From NCBI GenBank assembly GCA_048939765.1, contig JBHLPF010000070.1:1-10004 (forward strand): DNA of 10,004 bases, in the 5' to 3' direction. Below, piece after piece: positions 1 to 7,153 of this stretch (the stretch's first letter is position 1; every line of letters starts with the position of its first letter). The translations under genes were made by a program, and so were the position numbers. The notes under the pieces were generated by a model that saw only the letters and a list, made by a program, of their open reading frames with translations, was not told the origin of the DNA and searched no databases. Source of the stretch: Promethearchaeota archaeon. Its GTDB lineage: Archaea > Asgardarchaeota > Thorarchaeia > Thorarchaeales > Thorarchaeaceae.

Positions 1-2877
1 TTCGACGTTCTCTGGCAGATTCGATTGCGGTTTGTCGAGGGACTAGAACCGGTCAAAGAGGAGGGCCGAGAATGGGCCAAGGAAGTCGTGATGGCCATAC
101 CGTTCATCGGTTCTCTGGCAAGTATCGGAAGTGCTATCGGTGCAGTTGGGGCCAAGGTGGGTCCAAAGCTGAAGGGGAAATACGGTGAGCTGGGAGAGTG
201 GCTACAGGCTTCTCTTGGTAGGGACTACATCCAACGACTGCTCGAGATCCTCTGGAAGGAGCCAAGACGTGCGGAGTTTCTCTTTCTTGATGCATTGTTG
301 GAGGACTTGAACAAACGTAAGGCCTCTGAGAAGCCTATTGTGTTCCTGTTGGATCATTCAGAGCGTGTCGACAGTGAAACATGCGGATGGCGGTATCGTG
401 GTCGAGACATCACTGAAACCGAGCTCTGGTACGTGTTCTTGAGTTCATTATCGAACTGCGTTGGTGTCGTAGCGAGTAGACAAGCACTACCTAGCGAAAT
501 AAAGGAAGAACTGGAAATCGAGGAGTTCGAGCTCACAGAGCTTGAAAGAGAGAGCTGTATCGAACTCCTTGATCAACGCCATGTAAAAGACGCCAAGCTT
601 CAGGACAAGATTGTCAGTGTGAGCGGTGGAAATCCCTTTGTTATCGGCACGATTTGTGACCTTGCAGAGTCTAAAGGTTTCTCCATCGGTGACATTGAAG
701 ATATACGTGCGGACACCCTGGAAGCCGTACGACTCAAGACCTGGAGAAGACTGTTCGGCCAAACACAAGACCTCTTGGGACTAGTAGAGAAGGCAGGTCT
801 TGTTCCGTTCTTCAATCGGAGAATCATGAACATCATTGCACCAGACATGAGGACAGATCACTGGGACAGGTTGATTCGCCTCAGTTTTGTCAAGGATAGA
901 GGGGACAAGACATGGGTACTGCACGATCTCGCGAAGGAGCTTATCGTAGCTGAACTTGGCCAACAACTACAGACTTCAGCAGATGAGGTAGCCATACTTC
1001 TTGAAAAGTCATCAGCTAATGAGTCTGACTACGCCCTTCTAGGACTAGCCATGTCCGTTCGCGCACTTGCGTCCGAGAGGGACGCAGAGGCTAAGCTTGG
1101 AGCTACTGTTACTGACCTTATTGTACGGAATAATTACTCCGCGTTAACACTTCTTGAAGCCGTTAGAATCGATACGAATGAAGGTCAAACGATTATACAA
1201 AGTCTGAGAGGGGGTGCTCTAACTGCGATGAATAGAGTGGCAGACGGGGAGCATGCGCTTATGAGTGCCCTTGAAAACTTTCAAAGCCTCGGTAAAAGGA
1301 TTCCAGACGAACTGCTCGTGCATATTGCACGAACACAGTGGTTCCTTGGCTACCTGCAACGCAAGACACAGAGAGCTGTGGAAGCCGAGGAGTCTCTTCG
1401 TCAGTCTATTAAAATCTACAAAAGCCTTGATGAAACAACTCTTGGTTTCCGCCCTCAGGACCTAGCGTCTGTTCTCTATATGCTGGGCTATGTGCTAACA
1501 GTGGTCAATAGACCAGAAGAGGCTCAGGAAGCATGCAGAGAGGCGCATCAGTTATTTCAAGAATCCCCCAAGATTCCATCATCCGATGCTACATATGGCA
1601 TCATACGTACTCTGAGTATCATGTCATATGCATCATTGATGACCGGTACGACTTTAGAGGCTGAAAAGAGTCTACGAGAATCTATCGGAATCTGTAGAGG
1701 ACTGGTCAAGGAACACCAAGAGCTTGAAGGGCCTATGATAAATTCCTCAAATGCCCTTGGCGAACTCCTGACGCATACGAGCAGACCATACGAGGCAATT
1801 GAACTATTTCGAGAACAAATCCAGCTGACAAGGGAATTGGTCAAGAAGAATCCTGAGGCGGGGTCATTGTGGCTGGTAGTGGGATTCACCAATCTGGCTC
1901 TGCCTCTAAAACAGATAGGTATGTACGCAGAGGCTGAAGAGAAATATCGAGAAGCAGTGACACTGTCAAGAAACCTTGTTGAAAAGACCCCTAGTGTATT
2001 CTTGCCGCTCCTTGCTTGGACACTCTCCGATTATGCAGTTCTGCTCAGGCAGACAGATAGAGATTCGGAGGCTGAAGATTCATGTCGCGAGGCTCTTAGT
2101 ATTCACAGAGAGCTTCTTGTCAGCACTCCAGGTAAGTATCTGAATTTGGTGGCTTGGAATCTTAACAACCTCGCTGTTCTTCTGAGGCAGACTGGTAGAA
2201 TCTCAGAGGCTGAAGAGAATTATGGCGAGGCACTTGATATTGCGAGAGAGATTATACACAAAGCTCCAGAGGCAATCTTCTTTGCAGATTTATTAGCCGC
2301 AATCCTCAACAATATTGCTGTCCTTCTTAGACAGACCGGGAAACCATCAGAGGCAAAGGAAACCCTTCAAGAAGCCTTAGAGATCAGAAGGTCACTTGCG
2401 AAAAAGGCTCCCCGAATCTTTCTTCATCGAGTTGCTACTACGCTCAACAACCTTGGCATATTACTGTTCGAAGAGGGCAAGCAAACGGAAGCAGAGGGTG
2501 CATTAAGGGAATCGCTTCAGATACGTAAAAACCTCTCCAAGAAATTGCCAGAATTGTACCAGCTTGATGTCGAGTCGACGCTAAACAACCTTGCCATTCT
2601 ACTCAAACAGACTGGTCGAACATCGGAAGCTGAGAATACATATCGCGAGGCAATCGAAATCGGAGAAGAGCTGGTATCGCTCGCACCGACAGTCTATCAG
2701 CATGGACTAGCAAGAACTCTCTGCAACTACGCCCTTCTGCTGTCAGACATTGATGGCACAAGCGCTCTGCAGAAGACTATGAACAGACTGGAGGAGCTTG
2801 GTTTCCAGAGCATGTTTGATAGCGAGAAATGGTCTGAGGAAGAGGATGATGAGGCCAATCCCCCTGCGGGCCTGTAG
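1..2877 (+). CDS. STAND-class (NLR-like) P-loop NTPase + TPR repeat protein, paralog 1 (5'-partial)
   Basis: Frame 1 is open from base 1 (FDVLWQIRLRF..., matching residue ~92 of paralog 2), so the TTG at 25 is not the start and about 91 codons including Walker A lie upstream of the window. It contains Walker B IVFLLDHSE, sensor-like VGVVASR, GxP motif SGGNPF and MHD-like WVLHDL. These are followed by ~46-aa TPR repeats (LNNLAVLLRQTGRISEAEENYGEAL). Stop TAG at 2875-2877. Confidence 0.9.
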   Translation, partial: FDVLWQIRLRFVEGLEPVKEEGREWAKEVVMAIPFIGSLASIGSAIGAVGAKVGPKLKGKYGELGEWLQASLGRDYIQRLLEILWKEPRRAEFLFLDALLEDLNKRKASEKPIVFLLDHSERVDSETCGWRYRGRDITETELWYVFLSSLSNCVGVVASRQALPSEIKEELEIEEFELTELERESCIELLDQRHVKDAKLQDKIVSVSGGNPFVIGTICDLAESKGFSIGDIEDIRADTLEAVRLKTWRRLFGQTQDLLGLVEKAGLVPFFNRRIMNIIAPDMRTDHWDRLIRLSFVKDRGDKTWVLHDLAKELIVAELGQQLQTSADEVAILLEKSSANESDYALLGLAMSVRALASERDAEAKLGATVTDLIVRNNYSALTLLEAVRIDTNEGQTIIQSLRGGALTAMNRVADGEHALMSALENFQSLGKRIPDELLVHIARTQWFLGYLQRKTQRAVEAEESLRQSIKIYKSLDETTLGFRPQDLASVLYMLGYVLTVVNRPEEAQEACREAHQLFQESPKIPSSDATYGIIRTLSIMSYASLMTGTTLEAEKSLRESIGICRGLVKEHQELEGPMINSSNALGELLTHTSRPYEAIELFREQIQLTRELVKKNPEAGSLWLVVGFTNLALPLKQIGMYAEAEEKYREAVTLSRNLVEKTPSVFLPLLAWTLSDYAVLLRQTDRDSEAEDSCREALSIHRELLVSTPGKYLNLVAWNLNNLAVLLRQTGRISEAEENYGEALDIAREIIHKAPEAIFFADLLAAILNNIAVLLRQTGKPSEAKETLQEALEIRRSLAKKAPRIFLHRVATTLNNLGILLFEEGKQTEAEGALRESLQIRKNLSKKLPELYQLDVESTLNNLAILLKQTGRTSEAENTYREAIEIGEELVSLAPTVYQHGLARTLCNYALLLSDIDGTSALQKTMNRLEELGFQSMFDSEKWSEEEDDEANPPAGL
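1870..2745 (+). repeat. Degenerate coding tandem repeat (~138 nt, 46-48 aa TPR units) in paralog 1
   Basis: Recurring (T/I/N)LNNLA(V/I)LL(R/K)QTG(R/K)xSEAxxxxxEAL(E/D)I units. Boundaries approximate. Confidence 0.85.
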
Positions 2878-2960
2878 AGCATTTGATATGAAATAATGGA
2901 AGAAGATCAGAGATTACTATGTTCTGAGAAAGAATACCGAGAATGTGTCCTACTCACTTG

Positions 2961-2980
2961 AATACCGACGAACTTATGAG
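2961..2980 (+). promoter_or_regulatory. Putative BRE/TATA-like promoter element of paralog 2
   Basis: AATACCGACGAACTTATGAG is 15/20 identical to 8201-8220. Its CTTATG begins 53 nt upstream of ATG 3026. Confidence 0.5.
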
Positions 2981-3025
2981 CAGGATGTCCAAGTGTGTAC
3001 CACTTTCGCATCTGAGGCGTGTGGT

Positions 3026-6000
3026 ATGTACGAACACTATGAACCATCTGAGCGAGTGTTCGTGGACAGAGAAGAGTATCTCGACTGGATGGCCGGGGCA
3101 CTTGAGCGTTGTAAGGAGCGAAGTGTTGTTCTTCATCTTCGTGGCATTGGAGGGATTGGAAAGAGCTCACTCCTGGACCACTGGAAGAGCACAATAGACG
3201 AAACCATCTGTCTTGACTGTGAACAGTACACTGAGTTCTACGACCGTCTGAATGTGATTGCAAAGGGATTAGTCCTCCTTGGTGTGAATCTACGGAGATT
3301 TGACGTTCTATGGCAGATTCGACAGCGTTTTGTAGAGGGGGTAGAGCCTGTCAAGGAAGAAGGTCGGGAGTGGGCAAAGGAAATTGCTATGGCTATTCCT
3401 TTCGTTGGTTCTCTCGCCAGCATCGGGAGTGCCATTGGCGCAGCTGGTAGCAGGGTGGCTCCAAAGCTGAAGAGCAGGTACGGCGATGTGGCAAAATGGC
3501 TACAGACCCGTCTAGGGAAAGACCACGTTGAGAAACTTCTTGAGATTCTGTGGAAAGAGCCACGACATGCCGAGTTCCTGTATCTTGATGCTCTGCTTGA
3601 GGACGTGAACAACCGCAAGACGTCTGAGAGGTCCATTGTGTTATTGCTGGATCACTCAGAGCGTGTCGACAGTGAAACATGCCGATGGCGCTATCGTGGC
3701 AGAGATATCACCGAAACCGAGCTCTGGTATGTGTTCCTGAGCTCGTTGTCTAACTGCGTTGGTGTTATGGCGAGTAGACAATCCTTGTCTAGCGAAACAA
3801 GCGAAGAACTAAAAATCGAGGAGTCCGAGCTCACAGAACTTGACAGAGCGAGCTGTATCGAGCTCCTTGAGCAACGTGGCATTGACCACCCTGAGATCCA
3901 AGACAGAATCGTCAGTGTGAGTGGTGGAAACCCCTTTGTAATAGGTGCTATATGCGACCTTGCAGCATCTGGTCGGCTTTCCCTCGACGATGTGGAAGAC
4001 CTGCGAGCGGATACCCTTGAAGCCGTTCGACTCAAGACTTGGAGAAGACTATTCAACCAAGCCGAGGTCCTCTTTGAGCTGGTCGAGAAGGCTGGTCTTG
4101 TCCCATTCTTCAATCGGCAAATAATGACCATAGTTGCGCCGGCTATAAGAACAGACCAATGGGACCAATTGATTCGTTTCAGTTTTGTCAAGTACCGAGG
4201 TGACGGAACTTGGGTGTTGCACGACCTTGCAAAGGAGCTAATCCTAGCTGAACTTGGCCAACGGTTGCAGGCCTCGACAGATGAGCTAGCCACGAGTCTT
4301 GAAGAATCATCGGCTGGAGAGTCCGACTACACTCTTCTTGGACTAGCTATATCAGTTCGAGCACTGGTATCGGAAAGGGATGCTGCTACGAAGGCCGCAG
4401 ACACCGTCTTTGACCTTCTCTGGCAGGATGCCTTTTCTGAAGCTCTCAAGTTCCTTGATGCTGTCAGAATCGAAACAAAGGTCGGTCAAGTCATACTGCA
4501 GGGCCTCAGAGGAAGTGTTCATAGCTGGATGGGCAGGGTTGCAGACGGTGAACAGGAGCTCTTGGAAGCACTTGAAGCATCCAGAGAGGTCAGTGAGGAT
4601 CATTCACACGAGCTCTTGGCACATACTGCACGAACGTTGCGTGAGCTTGGATACTTGCTCTACAGGACCGATAGAGTTTCGGAAGCCGAGGAAACTTATC
4701 AGAAGGCTCTAAGAATCTACAGAGAACTAGATGACAGGACCCCGGGATTTCGTCTTGAAGATATGGCATGGACCCTCATAAGACTGGGTTGGCTCCTAGG
4801 TGTCGTTAACAGACTAAAGGAAGCCTACAGGACTTACCGAGAGGGACACCAACTCTTTGAAGCATCCATCAAAGAGCCACGATATGACACCTTGCCTAGT
4901 ATCGCGCAGTCACTGCACCTCATCGGCACGAATCGGCTCTTCGCAGGCAAGGCCTCAGAGGCTGAAGATACTCTTCTGGAGGCTCTTGAATGGTTTAGAG
5001 AGAATGCAGACAAAAGTCCAAAGCTTCAGGTTCGTTTCGCAGTAGTTCTAGGAAACTTTGGAGAATTCCTCAGAATGACGAGCAGACCATATGAAGCAGA
5101 AGAGGCGTTCAGAGAAGTTCAGCAGGTCATTAATGAAGTGGCCAAGAAGGAACCTGATACCCTACCGTGGGCAATACTTAACCTACAAAACCTTGCACTG
5201 CCTCTTAGGCAGATGGGCAGATTCTCAGAGGCGGAAGAAACCTATCTCGAAGCTCTCGAACTATCTAGAGAATTCGCTGAGAAATCACCTGATGCCTTCC
5301 AAAGATTCCACTCCTCTATTCTCCACGACTACGCCGTTCTTCTCAGGCATACTGGTAGAACAACAGACGCCGAGGAGGCATATCGAGAGGCTCTAGAGAT
5401 TGATAGAGAGCTTGTTGTCAAGTCTCCTCGCAAACATCTTAGTAGGATGGCATGGACTCTCAACAATCTCGCCATTCTTCTCAGGCAGACTGACAGAGCA
5501 TCTGAAGCTGAAGAAACATACCGAGAGGCGCTTGGAATTGCAAGAGAGATTGCAGCCAATGCTCCTGAGGCTGTCTTCTTGACAGACCTATTGACCACCA
5601 TTCTCACCAATCTCGCTGTTCTCCTACGACAAATTGGGAGAATATCTGAGGCGGAAGAAACCAATCGTGAAGCGCTTGAAATCAGAAGGCAATCTGCTCA
5701 GGAATCCCCTGATCTTTTCCTCCATCGAGTCGCCACGGCACTACATAACCTTGGTGTCATACTATTCCAAACTGGCAAGATGTATGAAGCTGAGGACGCC
5801 TTCAAGGAGGCGCTACAGCTACGGAGAAGACTTGCTAACAAGTCGTTAGACCAATATCGGCCATGTGTTGCGTCAACTCTGTCGAATCTCGCCATCCTGC
5901 TCAGAAGAACTGGTCGACTGACGGACTCAGAAGATGCATATCGTGAAGCAGTCGAGATTGGTGAAGAACTAGTCTTGAAGGCACCAACAGCCTACCAACA

Positions 6001-6178
6001 TGGACTAGTGAGAACTCTCTGCAATTATGCACTTCTACTGTCCGACATTGAAGACAGAGATAAGGTTCTGCAAATGACCATGACCCGGCTAGAGGAGCTT
6101 GGTGTCGAAAGCCTGCCTGAGAGTGAAGTGTGGTCGGAGGAAGAGGAGGATGAAGCCAACCCCCCAGGGGGAGTCTGA
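3026..6178 (+). CDS. STAND-class (NLR-like) P-loop NTPase + TPR repeat protein, paralog 2 (complete, ~1050 aa)
   Basis: Start placed at ATG 3026 (MYEHYEPSERVFVDREEYL) because paralog 3 begins with the homologous MYEHFEPVERVFVDREKYL and an SD-like GAGGCGTG lies at 3014-3021. Motifs: pre-P-loop FVDRE, Walker A GIGGIGKS (3143-3166), Walker B IVLLLDHSE (3635-3661), VGVMASR, GNP (3926-3934) and LHD (4217-4225). TPR array at ~4420-6045. Confidence 0.92.
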   Translation: MYEHYEPSERVFVDREEYLDWMAGALERCKERSVVLHLRGIGGIGKSSLLDHWKSTIDETICLDCEQYTEFYDRLNVIAKGLVLLGVNLRRFDVLWQIRQRFVEGVEPVKEEGREWAKEIAMAIPFVGSLASIGSAIGAAGSRVAPKLKSRYGDVAKWLQTRLGKDHVEKLLEILWKEPRHAEFLYLDALLEDVNNRKTSERSIVLLLDHSERVDSETCRWRYRGRDITETELWYVFLSSLSNCVGVMASRQSLSSETSEELKIEESELTELDRASCIELLEQRGIDHPEIQDRIVSVSGGNPFVIGAICDLAASGRLSLDDVEDLRADTLEAVRLKTWRRLFNQAEVLFELVEKAGLVPFFNRQIMTIVAPAIRTDQWDQLIRFSFVKYRGDGTWVLHDLAKELILAELGQRLQASTDELATSLEESSAGESDYTLLGLAISVRALVSERDAATKAADTVFDLLWQDAFSEALKFLDAVRIETKVGQVILQGLRGSVHSWMGRVADGEQELLEALEASREVSEDHSHELLAHTARTLRELGYLLYRTDRVSEAEETYQKALRIYRELDDRTPGFRLEDMAWTLIRLGWLLGVVNRLKEAYRTYREGHQLFEASIKEPRYDTLPSIAQSLHLIGTNRLFAGKASEAEDTLLEALEWFRENADKSPKLQVRFAVVLGNFGEFLRMTSRPYEAEEAFREVQQVINEVAKKEPDTLPWAILNLQNLALPLRQMGRFSEAEETYLEALELSREFAEKSPDAFQRFHSSILHDYAVLLRHTGRTTDAEEAYREALEIDRELVVKSPRKHLSRMAWTLNNLAILLRQTDRASEAEETYREALGIAREIAANAPEAVFLTDLLTTILTNLAVLLRQIGRISEAEETNREALEIRRQSAQESPDLFLHRVATALHNLGVILFQTGKMYEAEDAFKEALQLRRRLANKSLDQYRPCVASTLSNLAILLRRTGRLTDSEDAYREAVEIGEELVLKAPTAYQHGLVRTLCNYALLLSDIEDRDKVLQMTMTRLEELGVESLPESEVWSEEEEDEANPPGGV
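5170..6045 (+). repeat. Degenerate coding tandem repeat (~138 nt, 46-48 aa TPR units) in paralog 2
   Basis: NLGVIL to the next NLAILL is 46 aa, and the APEAVF-containing unit is 48 aa. Units are colinear with those of paralog 1. Boundaries approximate. Confidence 0.85.
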
Positions 6179-6248
6179 AACAATCGAGGTTCTTGCAAAG
6201 TTCAAGAGCAATATGTCATTCTTTGAAGCATGGATTGATTGCAGTCTA

Positions 6249-6271
6249 TCTTTTAGTGTTGAGTTTTTATT
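6249..6271 (+). terminator. Possible oligo-T terminator region after paralog 2
   Basis: T-rich TCTTTTAGTGTTGAGTTTTTATT about 70-90 nt after the stop, in a convergent intergenic region. Composition only. Confidence 0.25.
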
Positions 6272-6322
6272 GGACTGGCTCTCTTCACTGCGTCACTATG
6301 TCATTGGTCATCTGTAGAATTT

Positions 6323-6604
6323 TCAAGGCCAATCATTCGACCAATCATTTGGTGATGTGTCATCCAGGGGGCGTCTCCTTGGTCTACTCATATGATACAG
6401 AATGACACTCAAAAGCATCGGTACCAGCACCATCAGGACTATCAAAGTCAGAACATTGTCCAGATTGAGGGGAGAATACGGTGCAAGAATGGATTGTAGC
6501 ACTGCCATGAGCATAAAGACGGCCACAAAGGCGCAGCATACGGAACATCCTCTATACATCACTCTAGCAGTCGCGTCCAAGCCTTCTCCGGTTGCCGTGG
6601 CCAT
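6323..6604 (-). CDS. Small hypothetical membrane protein (two predicted TM helices, 93 aa)
   Basis: Two hydrophobic stretches (CCAFVAVFMLMAVLQSILA; VLTLIVLMVLVPMLLSVILY) followed by basic RPRRR (positive-inside rule). It fills otherwise non-coding space and is divergent from the 6714 gene. No family recognised. Confidence 0.7.
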   Translation of the reverse strand: MATATGEGLDATARVMYRGCSVCCAFVAVFMLMAVLQSILAPYSPLNLDNVLTLIVLMVLVPMLLSVILYHMSRPRRRPLDDTSPNDWSNDWP

Positions 6605-6670
6605 GTCAATCCCACATCATTAGATTCACTGCGCTTCAGATAGAAATTGTGGTTTGAGAGAGGATGGCTC

Positions 6671-6688
6671 TAATCTTAAGTCTAATAT
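6671..6688. promoter_or_regulatory. Possible TATA-like element in the divergent intergenic region
   Basis: AT-rich TAATCTTAAGTCTAATAT with palindromic CTTAAG (6675-6680), about 35-45 nt upstream of the TIGR04076-like start. Position and composition only. Confidence 0.3.
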
Positions 6689-6713
6689 GACTCGCAATCT
6701 CTGATTGCCCTAG

Positions 6714-7040
6714 ATGGTGACTATGCAACTACCAAGAATGAAGATAACCGTAGTACGAAGGTACAGCCCAGAGGAAGTGTTTGGACATCAAATGATTCAG
6801 TCTTCGTCAGGTAAAACGATACCGGCCTGCCAAATCCTAGAAGAAGGACAGGAGTTCATTGCTGATAACAGCTTCACGATGCCTGACGGTTTCTGTGGAT
6901 GGGCCTGGAGGGACTTGACGGTTCGACTTACTAAATTCGATCTAATCGATATGGATTGGCCTGGTCCAAATGTGACGTATGTAGCATGTGGGGATGGCGT
7001 GAGGCCAGTCATCTTTCGACTGGAGAAGCTTGATGATTGA
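6714..7040 (+). CDS. TIGR04076-family small Cys-containing protein (uncharacterised, proposed redox/Fe-S related)
   Basis: Pattern recognised from memory of the family: KITVVR...C..LEEGQEF...PDGFCGWAWRD...ACGDGVRPVIFRLEKL, with three Cys. The start could instead be ATG 6723, which follows GGTGA at 6716-6720. Confidence 0.8.
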   Translation: MVTMQLPRMKITVVRRYSPEEVFGHQMIQSSSGKTIPACQILEEGQEFIADNSFTMPDGFCGWAWRDLTVRLTKFDLIDMDWPGPNVTYVACGDGVRPVIFRLEKLDD

Positions 7041-7153
7041 TCTCAGTCATGGAAGCAACTGACAGAGGACGGTCAGAGAAGAAGTCGTAGTGGCTGAATA
7101 ACCGTTTCAATGGGTCTCTGAATTCGAGTCTTGTAGCAGTTCTGTGGTCCATA

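Noticed and set aside
25-27. TTG start for paralog 1
   Set aside because: The frame is open from base 1 and homologous to internal residues of paralogs 2 and 3. The real start is outside the window.
2945-3025. 27-codon N-terminal extension of paralog 2 from GTG 2945, as given in the ORF track
   Set aside because: Paralog 3 has no equivalent, homology starts exactly at MYEH, and this stretch contains the putative promoter motif and SD.
3473-3597. Near-identical repeat pair (with 8714-8838) as a diversity-generating retroelement TR/VR
   Set aside because: Both copies are in-frame coding parts of paralogous NTPase domains, the two mismatches are synonymous third positions, and no reverse transcriptase is present in the window.
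3238-4293. Antisense ORFs recurring in the paralogs (3238..3636 and 8479..8877; 600..848, 3691..4293 and 9118..9483)
   Set aside because: They are codon-register shadows of the conserved sense genes. Their similarity follows from the sense-strand paralogy, their lengths and endpoints vary, and the products are Ser/Arg-rich with no recognisable domain.
1870-6045. Periodic repeats as a CRISPR array or non-coding tandem repeat
   Set aside because: They are degenerate, in-frame ~138-nt TPR-coding units, not identical repeats with unique spacers.
6329-6349. Tandem CCAAT boxes as eukaryote-like promoter elements
   Set aside because: They lie within the 3' end of a coding sequence in a convergent region and are better explained as the NDW-coding duplication.
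6099-6623. Short plus-strand ORFs 6099..6317, 6193..6405 and 6402..6623
   Set aside because: They overlap paralog 2 or the better-supported minus-strand membrane ORF, and have no clear RBS or motifs.
7059-7076. CTGAC-N8-GTCAG hairpin between convergent genes as a terminator
   Set aside because: Only a 5-bp stem with no U-tract, which is expected by chance.
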